Shown here piece by piece: positions 26,591 through 35,022 of a stretch of DNA of 41,502 nucleotides. Position numbers and translations under genes: made by a program. Position 1 is the first letter of the stretch, and the number at the start of each line of letters is the position of its first letter. This DNA is from a candidate division WOR-3 bacterium (GTDB lineage: Bacteria; SDB-A): contig JAFGSQ010000024.1 in NCBI GenBank assembly GCA_016934535.1, positions 1 to 41,502 of the forward strand, written 5' to 3'. The notes beneath the pieces are model-generated. The model worked only from the letters and a program-made list of their open reading frames with translations. It did not search any database and was not told the DNA's origin.

Positions 26591-28635
26591 AATCCGAAGT
26601 AAGCGTAGGACTGATTGAAATGCGAATCTATCGCTTTTATCATGATGACTCTGTCCGCAACACCCGTGAGCGTCACATGAAAATTCTCAGTCTTCGAGTC
26701 GAACACTCCGTCTTCAGGTTCAACTTCCGTCCAGTTTATTCCGTCAAAACTGAACGAGACATTTACTATCCTCGACCTTGAATCTGCCGCCGAAAAATTC
26801 GCCGCAGTCGCTGAAGTCGAAAATGATACTATCTGAGGTCCGGTATTGTCAATCGTGAATGTTTCCGTAAAGGCCGTGTCGCATAAAAAAGAGCCGGCGG
26901 AATTGGACAAGCTGTCCGAGGCTATTACCCTGAGAATATATTCTCCGTCTGCAAAAAACAACCGGTTGAAAGCGAAGTGTTTTTCTTTTAACTGCCATCC
27001 TATTTTCATCCAGTCCGTTCTGTTTTTATCTCTTATAAAAACCTCGTATGTAATGCTGTCACCGTCAGGATCGCTCGCTTCAAAAGATACCCCCTGATGT
27101 GTCGGTTGTATCGAAACAGGATTTTGAGGCGTCTGCCATCCCCCCAGATTCATCATTCGTCTTTCGGCGTCGCCAAGAGAATTTACCCTTAATTCCGGCA
27201 CTGTCTGCGAGACACCGTAGGAAGCCGAACCCGGAGCAAATACAACAGGTCTCTGGAGTTCCGGTTTCCTGTTCCCGGAGGAATAGAGAAATTCGAATTT
27301 CTCTACGTAACCGTCAAAGAGCACTCTGAATTGGATCCTCTCTCCGGGCGGCAATTCGTCTTTCACGGAACCGAAATCCGTTGTTTCTCTGGTCCAATCC
27401 GACCACATAGCGTCAGGAGAAGCCGTGTTTCCTGTTCTCGCCTGGATTCTCACATTACCTTCTCCAGTCCACAAAAATTCTCCCCACACGGGAAAATCTC
27501 CCGCGTCGAGAGTCTGAGTCGTGTAAATTCCTTCGCCGGAACGGTTTTGACTCATTCTGAATAACGTCAGCGGGTTTGTTCCGAGAAGCATTGGTCCGCT
27601 GTGAACGGATCCGGCCCAGGCGGTAAAAATTCTCTCTTCCGGAGCCCTGAAAGAACTCAGTTCGTTTTTTTCAGTGTCGAAAATAAGCACAGTCCCGTCC
27701 GGAGATCCTATAGCGCATATCTCTTTTTCAGAAATCCAGAAAAGCGATGTCACAGGAGGGTTGGGCGAAGCGAAAAGCGCTTCAGATCTTCCGTCTTGAT
27801 ATTTAAAAACACGCGAAACGATTTCAGCGGAAGACGGTGGAACGTTGAAGTAAGGGTCCACAGTCAGCCTTAAAGATGTAAGACCGGTTATGTCTATATT
27901 TCCGGATATTGACGAATAGACTATAAAATTTCCGAACGTACAGATGCTGTTCACTTCCGATCCCTCCGGATCAGCTGCGGCATACGCCGTAGCTGACGAA
28001 AGCGAATAAGCAAAAAGAAAGCCCTTTCCAGATGTTCCCGCGTAAAGAGTGTCGCCGCTGACTGCGAGGCACACTGCAGCTTTGTCGCCGGTCTCGACAC
28101 TGTCCAGGAGAATTCCCTCCACAGACAGTAAAAAGATTTTTCCACCGGTGGAAGTGGCTAAAGCGAGTTTGCCGTTTTCAACGCATATCATGTCCCAAAC
28201 AGACATTGAATCCCTTTTAAAAATTATCTCTGCCTCATTTCCTCTGATCCGCAATATCTCGCCACGGGGAGACACTGCCGCATAAACGTCTTTTCCGTCT
28301 GTGCAGATCCCGAACACTCCCCCGCTTTCATATTGAACCACTGTGTCCAGGTCGCTGCCGTTCCCGTTGCATGCGAAAACGGCTGCCGGCGAAGCTGAAG
28401 AGATGTAATACTTTCCCCTGCATTCCACCATACGCCAGCCGTAAACGACGTTCATCTGGAGTAATTTATTTATCTCACGCGAAACGCTTATAGTGCCGTT
28501 GTAGTTCAGTAGAACATTTTCAAACTTTCCGGGTGTAAAATCCGAATAAGAATTGATGATCCAATTCTGGGTTTTGCCTGCAAAAGCACCATGAAAAATA
28601 AATATCAAACCTGCGGCAATAAATCGAATCTTCAT
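26587..28635 (-). CDS. Exported beta-propeller plus Ig/FN3-like protein (partner of S55 peptidase)
   Basis: Signal peptide; propeller-like strands (LYAGTSGKG); QARTGNTASPD..WSDW, DPDGD, DGEY.LRVIASD and FTIDNTGP; ATGA-coupled to the S55 gene. Confidence 0.7.
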   Translation of the reverse strand: MKIRFIAAGLIFIFHGAFAGKTQNWIINSYSDFTPGKFENVLLNYNGTISVSREINKLLQMNVVYGWRMVECRGKYYISSASPAAVFACNGNGSDLDTVVQYESGGVFGICTDGKDVYAAVSPRGEILRIRGNEAEIIFKRDSMSVWDMICVENGKLALATSTGGKIFLLSVEGILLDSVETGDKAAVCLAVSGDTLYAGTSGKGFLFAYSLSSATAYAAADPEGSEVNSICTFGNFIVYSSISGNIDITGLTSLRLTVDPYFNVPPSSAEIVSRVFKYQDGRSEALFASPNPPVTSLFWISEKEICAIGSPDGTVLIFDTEKNELSSFRAPEERIFTAWAGSVHSGPMLLGTNPLTLFRMSQNRSGEGIYTTQTLDAGDFPVWGEFLWTGEGNVRIQARTGNTASPDAMWSDWTRETTDFGSVKDELPPGERIQFRVLFDGYVEKFEFLYSSGNRKPELQRPVVFAPGSASYGVSQTVPELRVNSLGDAERRMMNLGGWQTPQNPVSIQPTHQGVSFEASDPDGDSITYEVFIRDKNRTDWMKIGWQLKEKHFAFNRLFFADGEYILRVIASDSLSNSAGSFLCDTAFTETFTIDNTGPQIVSFSTSATAANFSAADSRSRIVNVSFSFDGINWTEVEPEDGVFDSKTENFHVTLTGVADRVIMIKAIDSHFNQSYAYFGL

Positions 28636-30254
28636 CTTCCCTCCACTACGATCCTGTTGACGACTGCTCCGCTTACGACAGAGTTCACCTCAATTTCGAG
28701 GAAATTTATTACGTTCAGAGCCGTAAAGTCAGGTATCGCGTTTATGTTTCCGTATTTCAGAACGCTCATGACCGACACCGGCGTTTTTTCGAAAGATTCC
28801 TCTCCGAAAGCCATATCAGTCTGCTTTTCATAAAGAACGATATAAATCTTGTTGTTAGAAGGAATTTTTTTTATGGCTTCCAAAAGCCCGTCAAAACTCC
28901 TGTAATCCACCCATAGAGGATTTTCCATTGAGAAAAACAGGGAAAGATTCATGGCGTCGCAGGCGATTATTCCAAGAGTGTCCGGAGCCAATATTCCCTC
29001 TGCCGCCATATCCACGCTCAGGACTTGTGTCCTGGAATCGTCCAAAATTAGGGAGACCGTCACTGAAAAAGTTTCCCCTTCCCGGATTCTCGATGAACTC
29101 AGCATTAAATCGTTAATTTTCGCCGTTCTTGGTTCTCTGTAATTGTGTACAGTTATATCTACAGAATCAGGATAAATCATGCTGTATGTGTTGGACGACA
29201 GGACATTCAATGTAAGCATCATGCCGTATGACCAGCTTTCGTTGACAGCATTTATGCCGTTGTATGAATTGGAAAGCGTAAGTTTTTGCTCCCGTGGAAG
29301 ATAAATATTTGTGTTAATGTCGCAAAATCCTCCGTAACTGTACAATGAACTGGTCTGAACGGCGCTCAAAGCTAGCACTGGAATGAGAACGGGCGTGAAC
29401 AAAGCGCTTCTGCAAACCCAGAATTCGTATTTTTTTTCCGTCCCTTCTGAAGTGACCGTCACTTTTACAGGCGTGATCTCAGGCACTGGTCCTATTATTC
29501 CTGACACTCCAGTCGATACGTCGCTTGTCAGAGTTCCGATCACGGCTGTCGGCGAAGTCATTTTGAAACCGAGTGTCGTGAGCGGCATTACGGTATTGAC
29601 AAAACCTCCCGCCATAGGGTATCTGCACGCTCCTTCTCCGAGAAATGGGTGCCCGAAGCCGATCACCGTGTCTCCATTTACAAGGGTAACCGTTCCCGTG
29701 GCGGCTACCGTGGCGTCTCCGCCGGCGAGAATTACGCTCAGGACGCCGCCGGGAGTTATTTCAGTCTCTTCCTGTATCTGGCGCGAGCCTTCAGTCAGTG
29801 TAAAATTCCCGGGAAGATTGCTCTCGAGAAGGATTTCAGCTGCAGCTGACAGCCCTGAACTCATCAGGCACACTTCATAGTTTTTAAGCCTCTCGCTTTC
29901 CGTAAATCCCGACAGTCCGAACCTGACATCTTCCAGCATCTCGTCTATAGGTGTTATTCCCGCTATCGGTTCTCTGCTGTCCTGCCATGCAGCTGAAATG
30001 GCGCCTATGAGTTCACCCTGGTAATAAACGGGACTGCCGCTCATCCCGTAAAGAACACCTGTTCTTTCGAGATATTCGCCCTCGCATCTTGCTATTATCA
30101 TGTTGCCTGAAATTCTTCCTGAGTTTATTGTCGTCATGTAAGTCAGGTCGAAAGTGTCTATCTTCGTGCCTTTGAACACGGACAATCCTGTTAGGCTTGC
30201 TCCTTCCGGTATCGTGACAGCGGAAATCAGACATGAAAAAAATATAGTGAACAT
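28632..30254 (-). CDS. SpoIVB peptidase S55 domain protein
   Basis: GVLYGMSGSPVYYQGELIGAIS, AGITPIDEML, GTVT..NGDTVIGFGHPF and D...GVSG. Confidence 0.88.
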   Translation of the reverse strand: MFTIFFSCLISAVTIPEGASLTGLSVFKGTKIDTFDLTYMTTINSGRISGNMIIARCEGEYLERTGVLYGMSGSPVYYQGELIGAISAAWQDSREPIAGITPIDEMLEDVRFGLSGFTESERLKNYEVCLMSSGLSAAAEILLESNLPGNFTLTEGSRQIQEETEITPGGVLSVILAGGDATVAATGTVTLVNGDTVIGFGHPFLGEGACRYPMAGGFVNTVMPLTTLGFKMTSPTAVIGTLTSDVSTGVSGIIGPVPEITPVKVTVTSEGTEKKYEFWVCRSALFTPVLIPVLALSAVQTSSLYSYGGFCDINTNIYLPREQKLTLSNSYNGINAVNESWSYGMMLTLNVLSSNTYSMIYPDSVDITVHNYREPRTAKINDLMLSSSRIREGETFSVTVSLILDDSRTQVLSVDMAAEGILAPDTLGIIACDAMNLSLFFSMENPLWVDYRSFDGLLEAIKKIPSNNKIYIVLYEKQTDMAFGEESFEKTPVSVMSVLKYGNINAIPDFTALNVINFLEIEVNSVVSGAVVNRIVVEGR

Positions 30255-30263
30255 TTATCCTGC

Positions 30264-30872
30264 CTAAATTGAAACAGCCACGTTGTTCATGTTGAACAGC
30301 ATGTGGTCTAAATGGTACCCTTCGGATTCGGCAATTTTAGTCAGACCGATGGTTTTGTTGAATCTGTTAGAATAACCTTCCGGAAATTCAGGGAACTGAA
30401 GAATGAACCACTTATTGTCTTTCGCTTCTATGCGGATAATCCTCTGGTCGTACGCAGTCTTGTGAAGGTAAGTTTTTCCTTTTACAGTCACTCCGAAATC
30501 GTTTATTCTGACCATCACTGTGGCGAGATGAGCTCTTTCCTCGACGATCCTTTTTTCCGGTTTGTTGCCGGTAGGAATCATGGGTTTGAGATCGAAAAGA
30601 AATATGATGTCTGCCGCCGGAATCTGATAACTCGTGTATACTCTCAAAGGGGGATTGTCCCATCTGCTTTCTCCCTCGACGACAAGTTCCGACACTTCCA
30701 CGTCTCCTCCGTGAGGAGAACCGTAAAAATTAAGAAAATCTTTACGCCCGACGTTGGACCCATTGAGCAAAAAACCTTTATCGATGCTTCTTACGAAATT
30801 TTCGTCAATCCATCCCACTATCTTTGAAGTTTTTGTCATCACGAGCGTTTTTCTCATCCCCGGCATGAGCAT
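30264..30872 (-). CDS. Hypothetical protein with two related beta-rich modules (DUF6812-like)
   Basis: Strong GAGGAGG SD. Both halves show V..T/I....I/V.G ... F(L/I) ... hydrophobic terminal strand. The family name is from memory of the pattern, not from a search. Confidence 0.5.
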   Translation of the reverse strand: MLMPGMRKTLVMTKTSKIVGWIDENFVRSIDKGFLLNGSNVGRKDFLNFYGSPHGGDVEVSELVVEGESRWDNPPLRVYTSYQIPAADIIFLFDLKPMIPTGNKPEKRIVEERAHLATVMVRINDFGVTVKGKTYLHKTAYDQRIIRIEAKDNKWFILQFPEFPEGYSNRFNKTIGLTKIAESEGYHLDHMLFNMNNVAVSI

Positions 30873-31713
30873 AGATTCCTCCTCTTTCTTTCAACTTTTC
30901 AATGATATTATAATCAATGTCGTAATTGAATTTCAACATATCTCTTCCCGAAATGCCGTGATAATCAGTTCCGGCGGTCATAATCAATCCAAAGTCTTTT
31001 GCCTGCCTGGAATATTCGAATATCTGGATGTGAGTGTGCGAAGGATAATAGACCTCTATGCCGTCGAGGCCGTTGTCTACCAGTGAAATAAATATTTCCT
31101 GATAAACCTCTCTGGACGTATATCCTTCACCCGGGTGAGCAAGAACTGCCACTCCGCCGGATCCGTGAATCATCTCTATGCCCTCCTTTATCCCGGATCT
31201 GTATCTCGGAGCGTAAGCTTTTCTGCCTTTGGCTATGTATTTTACAAAAGCTTCGTGATGGTTTTTTACAAAACCTCTGGCGAGCATCGCCTCAGCTATG
31301 TGGAGGCGTCCTATATTCACTGTTTTTCCAGCGGCTCTGACAATCTCGCTGTAGTCCATGTCAAGTCCGGCTTCTCTCAGCTTGCTCAAAATCTCGCGGT
31401 TCCTGTCTTCTCTTGAAAGAGATATTTTTTTCAATTTATTTCTTAAAAGAAGGTCGTCCTGGTTGAAAAGATAACCCAAAAGATGGCAAGTGGCCTTGTC
31501 GCCGACTTCCAGGCTCAACTCTACGCCGCTTATAACCTCTACTCCGAGCTCCTCGCCTTTTTTCTTTGCGCATGACACGCCCTCTACCGTGTCGTGGTCT
31601 GTTATCGCTACGATTTTCAGGCCGGATTTACAGCATTCGGACACGGTTTCTTCAGGACTTGTCAATCCGTCCGAATAATTGGTGTGCACGTGCAGGTTTA
31701 TCTGAGGAAGCAT
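30805..31713 (-). CDS. PHP-domain phosphoesterase (TrpH/YciV-like)
   Basis: LHVHTNYSDG, AITDHDT, GVELS, HLLGY, GRLHIA, VLAHPG, GIEVYYPSH and GTDYHG. Confidence 0.92.
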   Translation of the reverse strand: MLPQINLHVHTNYSDGLTSPEETVSECCKSGLKIVAITDHDTVEGVSCAKKKGEELGVEVISGVELSLEVGDKATCHLLGYLFNQDDLLLRNKLKKISLSREDRNREILSKLREAGLDMDYSEIVRAAGKTVNIGRLHIAEAMLARGFVKNHHEAFVKYIAKGRKAYAPRYRSGIKEGIEMIHGSGGVAVLAHPGEGYTSREVYQEIFISLVDNGLDGIEVYYPSHTHIQIFEYSRQAKDFGLIMTAGTDYHGISGRDMLKFNYDIDYNIIEKLKERGGIYAHAGDEKNARDDKNFKDSGMD

Positions 31714-31719
31714 CGTATT

Positions 31720-32313
31720 TTACCGGAGTCCGATCTCGCCCCTGCTTATCTTTCCGACAATTTCCGGATATAATCTGTGTTCGACAGTGAGTACTTTTTG
31801 GGCGAGAGTTTCGGGAGTGTCGTCTTTCAATACCGGCACGGGTTCGTAAGCCAAAGTCCTTCCCGAATCGTAATCTTCATCAACAATGTGTATCGTGGGG
31901 CCGGATATTTTTGTTTTGCTCTTTATTACGGCACGATGAACTTCCAGTCCATACATGCCTTTCCCTCCGAACTGAGGAAGCGGCGCGGGATGAATGTTTA
32001 AAATCCTGCCTTTGAAATCCGAAAGAAGAGGACACTTTACGAGTTCGTCGTATCCGGCCAACACGACAAAGTTGATTTTTAGACTGTTAAAAAGCTGCGA
32101 CATGTAAAAATATCTCTTCTTTGGATAATTGTTCCTCGAAAAGATAAAGACCGGCGTCCCGTTATCTCTCGCGGCTTCAATTCCTTTGGCCGTCGACCTG
32201 TTTGAGACGACGCAGATTATCCTGCCGTCAATTCCTCCGGCGTCGCATGCTTCCTTGAGAGCCAGCATGTTCGATCCCTTGCCTGAAATCAGGACGGCAA
32301 TTCTAAGGGACAT
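31720..32313 (-). CDS. purN: Phosphoribosylglycinamide formyltransferase
   Basis: RIAVLISGKGSN, VVSN, LAGY, ILNIHP..LP.FGG.GMYG..VH, YDSG and EHRLYP; start set at ATG 32313 behind GGAG. Confidence 0.95.
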   Translation of the reverse strand: MSLRIAVLISGKGSNMLALKEACDAGGIDGRIICVVSNRSTAKGIEAARDNGTPVFIFSRNNYPKKRYFYMSQLFNSLKINFVVLAGYDELVKCPLLSDFKGRILNIHPAPLPQFGGKGMYGLEVHRAVIKSKTKISGPTIHIVDEDYDSGRTLAYEPVPVLKDDTPETLAQKVLTVEHRLYPEIVGKISRGEIGLR

Positions 32314-32329
32314 CCCTGGCTCCGCGGCA

Positions 32330-32941
32330 TCATTGCCTGAAAAACGGCAGGACCGACATGAAAACGGCAATAATTGAAGCTATGAGCGCCACTATGGATG
32401 CTATCAGCGGTTTTATGTCATTTTTCTGTTTGGCAATATCAGATATCAGGTTTTGCTGTTCAAAATATTTTTTTTTCAGGGCTTCAATTTCCCTGGTCAG
32501 GTCTCCGGTGTTTTGCTTTCTGTGGTCGTCGAACCTGCTCGGTCTTTCAAATCTGTCGCCGCTTTTTGAAAAATCTTTTTTAGGTTTTTTGAACTGCTGT
32601 GAAGCCTGCCTGTTGTCTCCGTATTTGAATTTCGCTTCGCCGTTTCCGGAAAATCTTTTTGAATCTCCGTAAGAATTTTTCTTTGGATAATTCTTCGACT
32701 GTCTGTTTTTATTCTCTATGGAAATTGAATGCTCTCTGCTTTCGATCGGCTTGCTCTGCTGTTCGCCTTTATTTTGGACCGCATCGTTTGCCTGCTTTTC
32801 CATTTCTTTAGCCATCACTGGGATTTCTGTGTCTTTGGGTCTTTCTACTTTCACTTCGGTCTTCGTAAAATTATCCGTGTTAACTTCCACATCGTGCGCG
32901 GATCCTCTCGATCCAGGTCCTTTTCTCTTTGTCTCATCCAT
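32330..32941 (-). CDS. Hypothetical low-complexity protein with coiled coil and C-terminal TM anchor
   Basis: K/E/Q/S-rich N-terminus, LTREIEALKKKYFEQQNL coil and terminal LIASIVALIASIIAVFMSVLPFF; co-oriented and overlapping the nadC stop. Confidence 0.65.
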   Translation of the reverse strand: MDETKRKGPGSRGSAHDVEVNTDNFTKTEVKVERPKDTEIPVMAKEMEKQANDAVQNKGEQQSKPIESREHSISIENKNRQSKNYPKKNSYGDSKRFSGNGEAKFKYGDNRQASQQFKKPKKDFSKSGDRFERPSRFDDHRKQNTGDLTREIEALKKKYFEQQNLISDIAKQKNDIKPLIASIVALIASIIAVFMSVLPFFRQ

Positions 32942-33791
32942 TTTCAGCTCCTTTTTTCACTATATCGAGGGCTATATCGAGCGATTTGTATGAGTGGGTT
33001 AGTTTTCCCACTGAAATGAAATCCACTCCAAGAGCCGAGACGGCTCTCACTTTTTTCTCGTTCATTTTTCCCGAGACTTCAATTTCACATCTTCCGCCGA
33101 TTATTTTCACGGCTTTTTCGATATCCCTCAGCGTCATGTTGTCGAGCATTATCCTGTTCACGCCTGCCCCGAGGGCGGCCGAGATTTGCTCGAGACTGTC
33201 GACTTCGACTTCGACGAATTTTCCCGGAAAGCGTTTTTTTACTTTTGCGATAGCGGAAGACACGTCCGAACCGCATACGGCTATGTGATTGTCTTTTATG
33301 AGCGCCATGTCGTATAGCCCGAACCGGTGGTTCATGCCGCCGCCTTTGAAAACGCTGTATTTCTCGATTTTCCTGGAACCGGGACAAGTTTTTCTGGTGT
33401 CCAAGATTCTTGTTTTCCCCGTCGCCAGGCCAACAAATTTTCCGGTGATTGTAGCTATCCCGGACATTCTCTGAAGATAATTCAGAGCCACTCTCTCTCC
33501 CGTCAAGATCGCTTTCAGTTTTCCTTTTATTCCGATTAAAACGTCTCCTTTTTTTATTTTTTCACCGTCGGTTTTTTTCATTTCAAAAAAACACTTTGGG
33601 TCCAGCATCCTGAATGTTTCTCTGGCAAAATCCAAACCGGCCACTATCCCCTTCTCGCGAGTAATAATAACAGCAGAGGCGATTATGTCATCTTCTACTA
33701 CGGCTTCCGTCGTCACATCGCCTGTGCCCACGTCCTCCTCCAGAGCACGAGCGACACAGACACTAATTTCTTCTTCTGTAAATATTATCAG
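32934..33791 (-). CDS. nadC: Carboxylating nicotinate-nucleotide diphosphorylase (QPRTase)
   Basis: ALEEDVGTGDVTT, ERVALN.LQRMSGIAT, DTRKT, NHRFGLYD..LIKDNH, EVEV, IMLDN and LTHS..SLD. Start extended to CTG 33791 (see findings). Confidence 0.93.
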   Translation of the reverse strand: MIIFTEEEISVCVARALEEDVGTGDVTTEAVVEDDIIASAVIITREKGIVAGLDFARETFRMLDPKCFFEMKKTDGEKIKKGDVLIGIKGKLKAILTGERVALNYLQRMSGIATITGKFVGLATGKTRILDTRKTCPGSRKIEKYSVFKGGGMNHRFGLYDMALIKDNHIAVCGSDVSSAIAKVKKRFPGKFVEVEVDSLEQISAALGAGVNRIMLDNMTLRDIEKAVKIIGGRCEIEVSGKMNEKKVRAVSALGVDFISVGKLTHSYKSLDIALDIVKKGAENG

Positions 33792-33812
33792 GAAATTCTC
33801 CCGGTCTCAGAA

Positions 33813-34916
33813 TCAGGCGGTTTCAGAAAACAAAACAGTGCGGTTTTTCCCGCGTCTTTTTGCTTCATACATCGCTTTATCGGCATAAAACAGCAATTCG
33901 TCTTCATTCTTTATCCCGCCTATCTTTGAAGCTTCGGCAACTCCGAGGCTTATTGTTTTCTTAAAATTCGTGCTTCCTGTTTTGAATTCGATTTCTGATA
34001 TTTTTTTTCTTATTTTCTCGGCGATTCGTTTCGCCTGATCTTCGTCCGTATTAGGAAGCAAAACGAGAAACTCCTCTCCACCGAAACGGCCGGCCGTGTC
34101 TTCTTTTCTTATCCCGTCAAAAATGACGCCGGCAATTTTTTTGAGTACTTCGTCGCCGACGAGATGGCCGTATTCATCGTTGCACTTTTTGAAATCGTCA
34201 ATGTCTATCATCACGCAGGACAGAGGGGAGCCGTGCCTTTTGGTTCTGCTGAATTCCTTTTCGAGGGAGTCCATTACGTAAGCCCTGTTATGGATGCCTG
34301 TGAGCCTGTCAGTTATAGCCGTCCTGTAAAGTTCAGCATTCTTTTTCTGAAGCTCCGAGTTAAGGTTTTCGATTTTCTCGTTGATGTTTTTAAGATCTTC
34401 GTTTCTTTTCTCCAGTTCAAGTTTAGCGTTTTCCAGCTGTTTGTACAGGTCTTTTATCTTTTTTAGATATCCGAGAGTCAGTACGCTGACACCGTCGGAT
34501 CTTCTCAATTTCTCGATTATCTCATCTACGATGTTCGAATACGTTTTCGGAAGAACTTCGAATATCTTCGAAAGTTCCCTGGGTTCTATGACGGCTATTT
34601 TTGTGTCTGAAACCGCGTAAACACTGGCAGAAGTTGTCTTGTCGTGACCCAGAACACCCAGCTCTCCGAATATTTCACCTTCTTCCCTGTGAGCTATGTG
34701 AACTTCCTTGTCGTCGGACATTGATTTGGCGACCTTTACCTGGCCTTGAAGAATGAGATAAAGATTTCCGGCTTTTGAATTTTCCTGAATAATGGTCTCG
34801 TTAGGTTCGAAATCCGTTATTGTAAAAAATTCCTCGGGTATCTTTTTTATGTCATTTGCGGCTACGTTTCTGAAAAAACGGTTTGCCGCCAGTTTGGAAA
34901 TTACAATTTCGTCCAT
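33813..34916 (-). CDS. Diguanylate cyclase with N-terminal cyclic-nucleotide-binding domain
   Basis: cNMP domain (LYLILQGQVKV...GEIFGELG), coiled coil, TDRLTG, DIDDFK..ND.YGH..GD, RKED I-site, GGEEF and ADKAMYEAK. Start ATG 34916. Confidence 0.93.
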   Translation of the reverse strand: MDEIVISKLAANRFFRNVAANDIKKIPEEFFTITDFEPNETIIQENSKAGNLYLILQGQVKVAKSMSDDKEVHIAHREEGEIFGELGVLGHDKTTSASVYAVSDTKIAVIEPRELSKIFEVLPKTYSNIVDEIIEKLRRSDGVSVLTLGYLKKIKDLYKQLENAKLELEKRNEDLKNINEKIENLNSELQKKNAELYRTAITDRLTGIHNRAYVMDSLEKEFSRTKRHGSPLSCVMIDIDDFKKCNDEYGHLVGDEVLKKIAGVIFDGIRKEDTAGRFGGEEFLVLLPNTDEDQAKRIAEKIRKKISEIEFKTGSTNFKKTISLGVAEASKIGGIKNEDELLFYADKAMYEAKRRGKNRTVLFSETA

Positions 34917-34941
34917 ATTTTCGCCTGATTTGAGCAAAAGG

Positions 34942-34970
34942 ATTCTATAACATCGAATGTCTTTTTTCAA
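34942..34970 (-). promoter_or_regulatory. Sigma70 promoter for the cNMP-GGDEF gene
   Basis: Minus strand TTGAAA (34970-34965), 17 bp, TAGAAT (34947-34942), 25 bp upstream of ATG 34916. Confidence 0.6.
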
Positions 34971-35022
34971 CAACTCTTTGCTTTCTGTTGACAAGCCAGG
35001 CCCGTTAACTATACATAATCCT

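Noticed and set aside
25410-26618. 402-aa plus-strand ORF
   Set aside because: Antisense shadow of glycerate kinase; no recognisable motifs or SD.
34988-35022. TTGACA upstream of the cyclase as a promoter for a leaderless mRNA
   Set aside because: No convincing -10 at 16-18 bp spacing (TATACA/ATACAT).
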